Virus record (IMG/VR): IMGVR_UViG_3300032232_000305
Coordinates: 1 to 41,128 of that record
DNA: 41,128 nt
From: a virus
Taxonomy: Duplodnaviria > Caudoviricetes
Direction: 5' to 3' (one strand)
Both the position numbers and the translations under genes were made by a program. The notes under the pieces are model-generated. The model saw nothing but the letters and a program-made list of their open reading frames with translations. It made no database searches and was not told where the DNA came from. Every line of letters starts with the position of its first letter. The stretch's first letter is position 1. Shown piece by piece: positions 10,548-19,077 of the stretch.

Positions 10548-13208
10548 TTAATATCCAAAAATAAGAGCCATTGCAATAGATTTACCAGTTGTTATCCCAC
10601 CACTGCTTCCATTAGCTGCTGCCGTAATACGTCCATAAGCATCAACGGTAATATTTGTATTAGTGTAACTTCCAGCAGTTACTGCTGTTGTATCTAAAGC
10701 AATCGTACCATTAGTTGTGATTACACCACCAGTCAATCCTGTGCCAGCAGTAATAGACGTTACAGTTCCTAATCCACCAACTGTTGTCCAAGTTGGTGCA
10801 GATGCTCCATTTGATGTAAGCACTTGTCCTGAAATTCCAACACCGGAAAAAGCATAAGCAGTTCCTGTCCCATAAGTAACCCCACCAGCAGTAGGCGTAG
10901 CGTTAGTGTTAGTACCTCCATTGGCAATGGGTAAGGCTGTGCCTGAATAACCTATTGCTAAAGTTCCACTAGTTGTTATTGGTGAACCACTAATGGATAA
11001 AAACGATGGAACGCTAGCGGCTACCGATGTTACTGTACCTGAACCACTACCAGCCGATTGCCAACTTGCCGTAGTTCCATTAGAGGTAAGAACATATCCG
11101 TTTGCACCTATTCCCAAACGAGTTGAGCTATTAGTACCGTTACCAATAATCAAGTCGCCAGAAGTGGTTACCGGAGACAAAGCATTAAATGCGGCAGATG
11201 CGGTAGTCTGTCCTGTACCTCCGTTGGCAACCGGAAGTGTTCCATTTACACCAGCAGTCAGCGATACAGTGTTCTTTTCCCACAAATCTGTGCTGCTGTT
11301 GTAAACAATAGTTTGACCATTGGTTGGAGATTGAGCAGATACATCGTGCAACTCATCTAGCTCATATCCATTTTGCACTTTAACAATTAATTTGCCTTGT
11401 GTTGGATGAGCATGGGCAACAATTGCCACATAAACCAAGTGCTGTGGTGCATAAGGCTTAGTAGCGGTTAAAGTTCCTGCTGTAGTTGGGCTTAGATAAA
11501 GCTGTTGTCCATCCGTATAAGCTGATGTATTTAGATTTGTAACCAATCCAATGATGGTCACATATCCATTTGAATTGTTTGCCAAGTCACTAGTAATCAA
11601 ACCTAACGTCTGTGCCGAAGTAGCATCACTTGTAGCCAAGGCTTTAGAGACAGTTGGAATTTGGCCTGTAGCACCAGAAATATAGACCGCAGTGCCTTTT
11701 GTAAGAGTTGCACCAGTAGTGTTTCTTACTTGTTCAAGTAATACAGATGCAGGAGAAGTTGGTGATACAGAAAGATCAACAGCAGTTCCTGTTGCAGTAA
11801 CAACAATACTTCCATCAGCAGAAGCTACACTTCCAATTGCACCAAGGTTAGTTAGCGCTCCTCCAGCAGTTGTAGCTCCAGTTCCACCATTTGCTATAGC
11901 AACTGTACCCGTTACATTAGCAGAAGTTCCAGTTGTGTTTTGATTCAACGTTGGAATGTCAGCAGCAACAATAGCCCTAAAAGTAGGAACTCCAGCAGAA
12001 CCATTAGGAGCAATAAGTACCGTATTTGCAGTTTGACTTGCAAAATTTGAAGCTGTAACTGCAAGTGTTCCACCTAATGTTAGGTTTCCGGTTGTAGTTA
12101 CCGTACCAGTTAACGTCAAACCGCTTACCGTACCGGTTCCAGCAACGCTAGTAACAGTTCCACTACCAGCACCAATTGTCATTGGAATTACGTTGTAATA
12201 CCAACTGCTACTTGTATAAGTAAATATACCTTTTGAATTTTCCGGTATTGTTGTTAACGTTGTTGCATTAGCGTAATCACTAACAGTAATAACTGCTGTT
12301 GATTTGTTAATAATAGTCCAACTTTGACCTGAATATATACCTCCCAGAGATGGCAAATAAATTGCTTGTGCTGTACTTCCGGTTATGTATTGGATAACAC
12401 TACTAGCATCAGTAAGTTGTATTGCTGTTGCCGATGAAGATGTTGATAAATAAGTATTTCTTTCAATTCCAGAATAAGCTGTTGAATTTATAAAACCAAT
12501 TGTAATAAACCAAGAATAAGTAGTAGCATTAGTTGCACGAACTATTGTTTTTGGTGGGACATTCTGAATAGAACCACCGCTACCATCTTGTAAAACAAGT
12601 GTACTAGACGTTGAATTATTGGAAATAAAAAACGTAAGACCAGCATTTGCTACGGTTGGCAACCTTACTATTGTGTTTGAAGTAGAAGCACCCGTAACAA
12701 CTATATAAGGGTAATCAGTTACAGCAAGAATAGTAGTTGTTCCGGCAGCTACAGTAGCAGCACCAAATGGTTGAAGTTTTGCGTTATATAAACTTGTTGC
12801 TCCAGTACCGCCATTAGCTGCTGGTAAAGCGGTTCCAGAGTAAGAAATTGCCAATGTTCCGGCTGTCGTTATTGGAGAACCAGAAATTGATAAAAATGCG
12901 GGAACACTAGCTGCTACTGAAGTAACAGTTCCAGTTCCACCTGCAATGGAATTAATAGTTTGATTGGGCCAAGTTCCTGTAATGGATACATTAGTTCCCG
13001 CCACCAACGCAGGAGTTGCTGTACCTGTACCACCTTGTGCAACAGCAATTTGCCCAGAAATCATGGAACTGGTAATGTTTGCTGGGCCACCTGTTGCAAT
13101 AATTGCACCAGATGTAGATGGCAAAGTAAGACTTACAGTAGTTGCTGTATCTGGCGCAGATACCTCAGTTGCCCCACCAAGAGCCGATTGTAAAATTAAT
13201 TTACCCAT
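10548..13208 (-). CDS. Long tail fibre protein
   Basis: Thr/Gly/Ala-rich with repeated GTVTSV and LP.ANGGTG modules and TVDAYGRIT; start moved to ATG 13208, which follows an AGGA RBS. Confidence 0.75.
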   Translation of the reverse strand: MGKLILQSALGGATEVSAPDTATTVSLTLPSTSGAIIATGGPANITSSMISGQIAVAQGGTGTATPALVAGTNVSITGTWPNQTINSIAGGTGTVTSVAASVPAFLSISGSPITTAGTLAISYSGTALPAANGGTGATSLYNAKLQPFGAATVAAGTTTILAVTDYPYIVVTGASTSNTIVRLPTVANAGLTFFISNNSTSSTLVLQDGSGGSIQNVPPKTIVRATNATTYSWFITIGFINSTAYSGIERNTYLSTSSSATAIQLTDASSVIQYITGSTAQAIYLPSLGGIYSGQSWTIINKSTAVITVSDYANATTLTTIPENSKGIFTYTSSSWYYNVIPMTIGAGSGTVTSVAGTGTVSGLTLTGTVTTTGNLTLGGTLAVTASNFASQTANTVLIAPNGSAGVPTFRAIVAADIPTLNQNTTGTSANVTGTVAIANGGTGATTAGGALTNLGAIGSVASADGSIVVTATGTAVDLSVSPTSPASVLLEQVRNTTGATLTKGTAVYISGATGQIPTVSKALATSDATSAQTLGLITSDLANNSNGYVTIIGLVTNLNTSAYTDGQQLYLSPTTAGTLTATKPYAPQHLVYVAIVAHAHPTQGKLIVKVQNGYELDELHDVSAQSPTNGQTIVYNSSTDLWEKNTVSLTAGVNGTLPVANGGTGQTTASAAFNALSPVTTSGDLIIGNGTNSSTRLGIGANGYVLTSNGTTASWQSAGSGSGTVTSVAASVPSFLSISGSPITTSGTLAIGYSGTALPIANGGTNTNATPTAGGVTYGTGTAYAFSGVGISGQVLTSNGASAPTWTTVGGLGTVTSITAGTGLTGGVITTNGTIALDTTAVTAGSYTNTNITVDAYGRITAAANGSSGGITTGKSIAMALIFGY

Positions 13209-13215
13209 GATTTTC

Positions 13216-14295
13216 CTACGGAGCAATAATTAAATTAGAAACCGTTAGCGTTCCGGTGCTTGGGTTAAATTTTAATTTAGAAGAACTTACATATTCTACG
13301 GTAACATTTCCACTTGTAGAATCTGAAAACAACGGATAACGGACAGAGTTTGTAGTTGTATCGTCCGTAATAGTGGCATAGTTTGTTGTTGTAAATCCAT
13401 TAGGATTTGTAGCTGGATATGCGCCTAATGATGTCAATGCAGCACTTGCAGTAGTAGCACCTGTACCACCATTGGCTATTGGCAAAGCAGTTCCAGAATA
13501 GCTAATTGCAATTGTTCCTGTATTTGTTATTGGACTTCCAGATACAGATAAAAAAGAAGGTACAGTTGCTGATACAGAGGTTACAGTGCCTTGAGGATTG
13601 GCTGCTGTAGTAACACTAGTAACTCGACCATAAGTGTCAACGGTAACTACAGGAATTAAAGTAGCAGATCCAGTAGTTCCAGCAGTAGCAATTCCACTAG
13701 CTAAATCAATAACAGGAGTTGTGCCACCTGTACTTGTTACACGACCAGCAGTTCCTGTTACAGAATTTACATAAGTTCCCGCAGGTTGTTTGCTGTTAAA
13801 AGTTGTCCAATCTGCTGGACTTAAAACTCCCCTATTGCTTGCAGAAGCAGTAGGAAGGTTAAGCGTAATAACTGGAGATGTTGTTGGATTTGCTACTGTT
13901 GAAGAAACATCAAATCCAGAAGTGCCAAGCGTTAATGCTGCAACATTAAAAACAGTTCCAGTTCCAGATGGAACTACAAATTGTCCTGGTGTAGACCAAC
14001 TTAAAGGTTGATTAGATCTGGAATTTACAACAGCAATTGAAACCCAAACTTTATCTTGTGGAGTTACTGGTGGAGAATTTAACCAACCTGTTGGAGGAAC
14101 TCCAACGTTTGTTGTGAAATTCCAAGATCCACCAGTTGGTGTTGCTAATGCAGTCGGAGACTCTTTAAAAATAAACCATTCAAAATACGTTCCACCAAAG
14201 ACTGTATTGTTTCCGTACAAACCAATGGATTCGGAACCAGATTGAGGAGCAACCGTTCCGGTAGAAGTGCTGCCGTAAAGACCACCTGTAGCCAT
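13216..14295 (-). CDS. Tail fibre protein (shorter)
   Basis: 359 aa; shares GTVTSV...LPIANGGTG and TVDTYGRVT modules with the downstream fibre. Confidence 0.7.
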   Translation of the reverse strand: MATGGLYGSTSTGTVAPQSGSESIGLYGNNTVFGGTYFEWFIFKESPTALATPTGGSWNFTTNVGVPPTGWLNSPPVTPQDKVWVSIAVVNSRSNQPLSWSTPGQFVVPSGTGTVFNVAALTLGTSGFDVSSTVANPTTSPVITLNLPTASASNRGVLSPADWTTFNSKQPAGTYVNSVTGTAGRVTSTGGTTPVIDLASGIATAGTTGSATLIPVVTVDTYGRVTSVTTAANPQGTVTSVSATVPSFLSVSGSPITNTGTIAISYSGTALPIANGGTGATTASAALTSLGAYPATNPNGFTTTNYATITDDTTTNSVRYPLFSDSTSGNVTVEYVSSSKLKFNPSTGTLTVSNLIIAP

Positions 14296-14303
14296 AGTGA
14301 ATC

Positions 14304-15287
14304 CTATTTGAATGAATAGCGGTAGTTGCGGGGCTGGAATTCAGATGTTAAATGCTGATCTCCACCGCGCCATTTACCTTTGAAGTTCTGATCTTCAATC
14401 AAACCGTAAGAATCATCAAACCTAGAAATCCACTTTTGAGCTTCTTCAGTATTTTTGTTCTTATCGTAGTATGCCCATAATGTACCGTAAAAGTATCCTT
14501 CAGGGAACGAAGACAAAGCAGCATTGTTCTGAACAATAGGATTTAATGTATCTGCTGTTGGGCTAAACAAGAATGGAAACGTTTGTTGGTAATACGCTTT
14601 GATGATTGTGTTCTCTCCAGGGTTAGGAGTAAACACATAGTTTGGGCCAACTTCAGAGAACGAAGCACGGATAACCCTTGGAACACCAAAAGGCTTAACG
14701 TACAGTTGGTCAATCATCCTGCGTCGAATAATCTCACGATCACCAACACGGTCATAAATAATCCAAGGGCCAACGTTTCCGGTGGTTGTTTGGGAAGTGG
14801 TACTGTAGGTTTCCTGAAAGAACAAAATAGGTAGATTCATGTCTGCCGGAATAGGAGCTAGTCCTTGAGCATTTACAGTAAGAATCGAGGGGTTTGTTAG
14901 GCTATATGGATCTGTACGGAGAGCAGGAAGCTCAATTGTCCGCATTTTTAACTCTGCCATTTGAATACAGCCAAGGATTTCAACAGACGATTGGGTTGGC
15001 AGTTTCAGGATGGCTGTAGGAAGCGTTGCACCTAGCCAAATTCCGTCCGGATCGTTAACGGTGATGGTAGTGCTGCTTACAGCAGTAACGGCGGTATACG
15101 GGCCTGTAACGGTTGGGCCAATAAAGTCCCCAACTAAAACTGCACTTGTGGGATTGGTAGAAGTTGTGATTACACCGGTTGCACTAACAAATGCAGTTGC
15201 ATTAATGCTTATCGAGGAAGGAATCGCCCCCACCCACTGTGCTACTCGGCTAACTAGAGCGTTAGCTGATTGGATGAAAAGGGCCAT
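14304..15287 (-). CDS. Head-tail adaptor / tubular protein A-like
   Basis: 327 aa after the capsid genes; C-terminal FTPNP...IKAYY...FPEGYFYGTL..Y pattern resembles podophage adaptor proteins. Confidence 0.55.
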   Translation of the reverse strand: MALFIQSANALVSRVAQWVGAIPSSISINATAFVSATGVITTSTNPTSAVLVGDFIGPTVTGPYTAVTAVSSTTITVNDPDGIWLGATLPTAILKLPTQSSVEILGCIQMAELKMRTIELPALRTDPYSLTNPSILTVNAQGLAPIPADMNLPILFFQETYSTTSQTTTGNVGPWIIYDRVGDREIIRRRMIDQLYVKPFGVPRVIRASFSEVGPNYVFTPNPGENTIIKAYYQQTFPFLFSPTADTLNPIVQNNAALSSFPEGYFYGTLWAYYDKNKNTEEAQKWISRFDDSYGLIEDQNFKGKWRGGDQHLTSEFQPRNYRYSFK

Positions 15288-15296
15288 AGTGTTTCC

Positions 15297-15803
15297 TTAC
15301 TTGGTCGGAATAGCTGGATTATAAGGTAATGGTATTTTACCGCTAGGGTGGCAAACAAAGTCTGAATAATGCTCGTTGACAATAGCGTAAAACAATATCT
15401 TGTCTTCTTTTACTTGCTTGATAAGTTCCCAAGGACGGTTACTGAACCATTTAGAACTGATCTCATGTGCAAAGCATTTTGGTAGCTCCATTGCATGAAA
15501 CGTTCCAGCAAAAAATGGGTTATCAGTACCGTGCTCCTTGTAAAACTCACGCTTTTCTTTACAACCTTGTCTAATTGCTTCAACGTTTTTCTGGTCATAC
15601 TGAACATACCTAGCACCATCTATAGCGCCAATTTTGTAGTCAATATTCTTTGTATTAAACGTTTGCGACCAAGTACCTGACTTGACCTCATTAAACATCT
15701 TGTCGTTCTTTATCAATAATCCTTCAATGCCAGCCCCTAGATTACCTTGTGTAAAGTAATCCTCGTTGATTCGGGCTTCTTCATTGTTGAGATTTAATTC
15801 CAT
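15297..15803 (-). CDS. Hypothetical protein of the virion module
   Basis: 168 aa ORF in the late operon with an AAGG RBS; overlaps the end of the endonuclease gene. Confidence 0.6.
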   Translation of the reverse strand: MELNLNNEEARINEDYFTQGNLGAGIEGLLIKNDKMFNEVKSGTWSQTFNTKNIDYKIGAIDGARYVQYDQKNVEAIRQGCKEKREFYKEHGTDNPFFAGTFHAMELPKCFAHEISSKWFSNRPWELIKQVKEDKILFYAIVNEHYSDFVCHPSGKIPLPYNPAIPTK

Positions 15804-16383
15804 ACGTTACCTTGCAGTTGTCAAAATGATACCGATACATGTTTGGCCCACAACCTTCATGCCCACAATTTGTGCAAACTCTAACAATTTTGGCTGTTTT
15901 AGTTGCTAATTCTCGTAATCTTTGGGCTTGTTCTGGTGTTTTAAATTTTCCTTTTAATGCCTGACTGATTTTTTGTGAATGTTCTTTGCTGTGAGGCCCA
16001 CGAACAACACCTAATTGAGACAATCCTATTTGTTTTCGCACATGATCTGGTGTTTTCTTTCCAATATTTGGATGTATGCGAAGTTTTAATTTGGCTTTTT
16101 GTTCATCTGTCCAAACGTATCCAGAGCAACCATCTCCACCATCAGTTAAATTGCATAAATTCGTTAAATCTCGAAAACAATCAATTAAAAATCTTTCGTG
16201 AATAAAAGCATCTTCTTCAGATTCCCATTCAGCAAAGATTTCTACAGTGTAATCATACTTATTGACAATGTTACGCCAATAGTCTGATCTACTGTCTTTT
16301 TCATAAGCACGATTGTTTTTGCCTTTTCCAATGTAGAAAAGTTCTTTTGAATCTGCTTTGTAATGACCGTATGTGTAATACAT
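15781..16383 (-). CDS. GIY-YIG homing endonuclease with NUMOD3-like repeats
   Basis: N-terminal YTYGHY...FYIGKG...R, catalytic-type E in AFIHE, NLTDGGDG, and HSKEHSQKISQALKGK-type DNA-binding motifs. Confidence 0.85.
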   Translation of the reverse strand: MYYTYGHYKADSKELFYIGKGKNNRAYEKDSRSDYWRNIVNKYDYTVEIFAEWESEEDAFIHERFLIDCFRDLTNLCNLTDGGDGCSGYVWTDEQKAKLKLRIHPNIGKKTPDHVRKQIGLSQLGVVRGPHSKEHSQKISQALKGKFKTPEQAQRLRELATKTAKIVRVCTNCGHEGCGPNMYRYHFDNCKVTYGIKSQQ

Positions 16384-16386
16384 AAA

Positions 16387-16433
16387 AGTATTTTACATAG
16401 AAAGAGGCCGAAGCCCCTTCCCATGTAAGTACT
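16387..16433 (-). promoter_or_regulatory. Long cUUCGg hairpin between the capsid and endonuclease genes (terminator-like or translation-blocking)
   Basis: Minus strand TTACATGGGAAGGGGC-TTCG-GCCTCTTTCTATGTAA: 16-bp stem with G-U pairs, extendable by AGTA/TACT to 3 nt before the ATG at 16383. Confidence 0.75.
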
Positions 16434-16439
16434 AGGTAC

Positions 16440-17597
16440 TCAGGCCAAATACCTTTTTACCTGTGCGCTAGGACGAGGAGCCGTTACAGCAGCACCGGTT
16501 GGGCTGATTGCAGCGAGAACACCAACGCCTGCTGGGTTACGCACAATCAAAGTTCCCTCCATGATGTACTGATCCAAAGAAGCGTCAGCATTGCTGAATA
16601 CTTCGTTGTTCGGGCCAAGTTCACGCAACGAACCCCACTGGATAACGTCAGGATTCATGAACAAAGCGGCGGTGTTATCCGAACCGGTTTGATCCATAAC
16701 CCAGCTATCGTCGATCTGGTAGGTGTAGTTGAAGTCACCTTCGTAAGTACCAATCGTGTCGCCCTTGTCAGCAGGGTTAAAACGGTTGATCGAACGGCTT
16801 GTAGGCATCATGTCGCTGATGTGAGTACGCATCGACGTTGGGACTACCATGTTGGTAATCTTGGCGTTGAAACGTTGTTCAGCAACAGTAACCAACTGCT
16901 TGTACAGGAATGGGCTGAATTGTTGCAGCGTCACACCAGAACCGAAAGTAAAGTAACCCAAACCGGAGTTAGACAACACACCGTCAAAAGGAGTGTTAGT
17001 TGCAGTAGCGGTTGTGGTGTCAGTACCGTCAGAAGCAGCCAAGTTCAGTACAGAAGTACCGTCCGTGTCGTTACCCGAGCGTGAACCAGCAAACGAGAAC
17101 AGCGAACCAAAACGGCGACCGTTGTTTGGCGAAGAGCCTTGGGTTGCAGCTTGACCAGAATACTTGATCGAAGCGCCATCTGCACGAAGCATCTGGAGTT
17201 CAACGTCAAACATAATCTCGGTCAATTGCTTGACTTCTTGGTACGCCTGGGGATCACCACCAGCTTGCTCAACCGCACGAGCAGTGCCAGTAGCACCGAT
17301 AGTGGTCGTGAAAATCTGGGTGTAGTTGCCCAAGTTGGAACGGGTGTTGGAAGCAGCATCAGATGCAGCAACCGAAGCGCCTTCCAGCTTTGCATTCAAA
17401 ACAGGAGTACGGAAGTAGTCATTGGGCCAAATGTGCAGAGTCGAATTGACTTTGCGCTTTTTGCTCATTGCCATGTTGGTAACCGGAGTACGGTCTTTAA
17501 CATAGTTAGAAACGGTCAAGTCCAAGTCCTTAACCACGATGTCAGTTGCATAAGCACCTGCGCCATTGCCGAGTGCGGCAGAAGTAATAGTAGCCAT
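16440..17597 (-). CDS. Major capsid protein (DUF5309/SU10-like)
   Basis: 385 aa after the scaffold; STLHIWPND, NLGNYTQIF, E..FDVE and EGTL motifs; strongly biased codon use. Confidence 0.85.
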   Translation of the reverse strand: MATITSAALGNGAGAYATDIVVKDLDLTVSNYVKDRTPVTNMAMSKKRKVNSTLHIWPNDYFRTPVLNAKLEGASVAASDAASNTRSNLGNYTQIFTTTIGATGTARAVEQAGGDPQAYQEVKQLTEIMFDVELQMLRADGASIKYSGQAATQGSSPNNGRRFGSLFSFAGSRSGNDTDGTSVLNLAASDGTDTTTATATNTPFDGVLSNSGLGYFTFGSGVTLQQFSPFLYKQLVTVAEQRFNAKITNMVVPTSMRTHISDMMPTSRSINRFNPADKGDTIGTYEGDFNYTYQIDDSWVMDQTGSDNTAALFMNPDVIQWGSLRELGPNNEVFSNADASLDQYIMEGTLIVRNPAGVGVLAAISPTGAAVTAPRPSAQVKRYLA

Positions 17598-17613
17598 AAT
17601 AAATTCCTAAAGA

Positions 17614-18717
17614 TTAACGGCGGCGTTTGTTTGCCGCCAACATTGTTGCCAAAAGATCACGCGCTGCATTCTTATCGCCAGAAGCCGCTTTCTTTTGAAG
17701 TTCATCAGCCTTGTTTTCAGGTGAGGTCTTAGCTCTTGCCATCGGTTTACTAGCAGCAGCCAGCGAACCTCCAACATTGCGTACCTTTGGCCCTTCACGG
17801 AACTTCATTCCGTCTCGGATCAAACTTAACAGGTGTTCATCACTGGATACTAGGTCAATATTCTTGACTCCAGGTACAAACGACCCTTCAGCACCTTTCC
17901 AATCCTTTGCCAACTTATCCCGAAGCTCGGTAAAGTTTGCTTTGTTGGCTAGTTCTTTATCAGAGAAACTTTGTCGGGCAGTTTCAAGCTGCTGTTTGAC
18001 AAAATTGCTCCTGTGAGCATAGAACTGTTCAACTTTAGGACGATTCGCTTGAATGAACTGCGACTTTTCTTCAATTAACTTAGCGTTCTGTCGCATTGCT
18101 GCTTCAGCTTCGCTACGTTGAACCTCAGATGTCGCACTGTCGTAGATTTGCCGCCATTGCTGGTTGTATTGTTGAAGGGTTACTAGCTCGTCCGCTGTAC
18201 TTTGCAACTGCGGAACAACCGTTAACTCTAAACCAATCTGCAAACCATCTAGTTCAGTCCTGCGTTTGGCCTCATACTCTTCAAAATCCGCTTTTTCAGC
18301 TTTAAGCTTACGAGCGTTTTCATGGATAGCACTACCTTGACCAAGGATAGCAGCAGCCTTTGATACAGGTATCTCAATAAAACCGCCTTCTGCGTCCTTA
18401 TTGGGTATACGCCACATCATGTCGGCATTTTGCTCTGCAAACTCTAGAAAATTAATTGGATCGTTTACTCCATCGGAGGACTCACCGTTATCTTCTGTGC
18501 CTACAGTCTCTTCAATCTCTGTGGAACTACCTTCAGGTTCAACGCCTTCTTCAGGTGTCGCCTCGGGGGAAACTTTCGTTTCTTGTCCCGCTGGTGGTGG
18601 AGTACTACCATTTGGTTGCGGATTGTTACGCCGGTTGGCGGCAATCATCGCAGCAATGGCATCTGCCGGACTACCAGTTTGCTCAGGGGCGGTTGCTTCT
18701 GCAATTACGTCTGACAT
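17614..18717 (-). CDS. Capsid scaffolding protein
   Basis: Acidic disordered N-terminus, coiled-coil middle, basic C-terminus; between portal and capsid genes. Confidence 0.75.
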   Translation of the reverse strand: MSDVIAEATAPEQTGSPADAIAAMIAANRRNNPQPNGSTPPPAGQETKVSPEATPEEGVEPEGSSTEIEETVGTEDNGESSDGVNDPINFLEFAEQNADMMWRIPNKDAEGGFIEIPVSKAAAILGQGSAIHENARKLKAEKADFEEYEAKRRTELDGLQIGLELTVVPQLQSTADELVTLQQYNQQWRQIYDSATSEVQRSEAEAAMRQNAKLIEEKSQFIQANRPKVEQFYAHRSNFVKQQLETARQSFSDKELANKANFTELRDKLAKDWKGAEGSFVPGVKNIDLVSSDEHLLSLIRDGMKFREGPKVRNVGGSLAAASKPMARAKTSPENKADELQKKAASGDKNAARDLLATMLAANKRRR

Positions 18718-18733
18718 ATCTTATCCTATTTCG

Positions 18734-19069
18734 TTAAGTTTCGGCTTTTCTATTAGCCATCTTGACGAGATATTCATTTTTTTCAATGAAATCAATGAAG
18801 TCTCGAGCGCCAGCAACATAATATGCGTTGCCTATTCTTTCTGAATCGTCCTTACTTTCCTCTAGACGTTCCAGTATGTGAAACCTATATAGGTTAAACA
18901 TTAATGCAAAATCTTCGTTACGAAGCAAACGGGAAGCACATTCCCCGTTTTCCATTATGAGGGCTTTTCGACTTGCACTAACCTCCTTATTTGTATCTGT
19001 TGCTCTGGTACGCTTATTAAAGTAAGCGCGTATATTCGATACTAACCTTTTGGGCTCTATGCTATACAT
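18734..19069 (-). CDS. Hypothetical head-assembly region protein
   Basis: 111 aa helical ORF between portal and scaffold, with an AAGGA RBS. Confidence 0.65.
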   Translation of the reverse strand: MYSIEPKRLVSNIRAYFNKRTRATDTNKEVSASRKALIMENGECASRLLRNEDFALMFNLYRFHILERLEESKDDSERIGNAYYVAGARDFIDFIEKNEYLVKMANRKAET

Positions 19070-19077
19070 TTCTATCC

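Noticed and set aside
16242-16442. Capsid UGA followed by a hairpin and an in-frame open stretch (possible read-through or SECIS-like extension)
   Set aside because: The extension is an alternate frame of the endonuclease gene with no domain-like features; the UUCG hairpin is better explained as a terminator or translation block.
17607-17798. 63-aa minus-strand ORF overlapping the scaffold C-terminus (possible frameshift product)
   Set aside because: No slippery site noticed and no RBS; the scaffold's own basic C-terminus is typical and complete.
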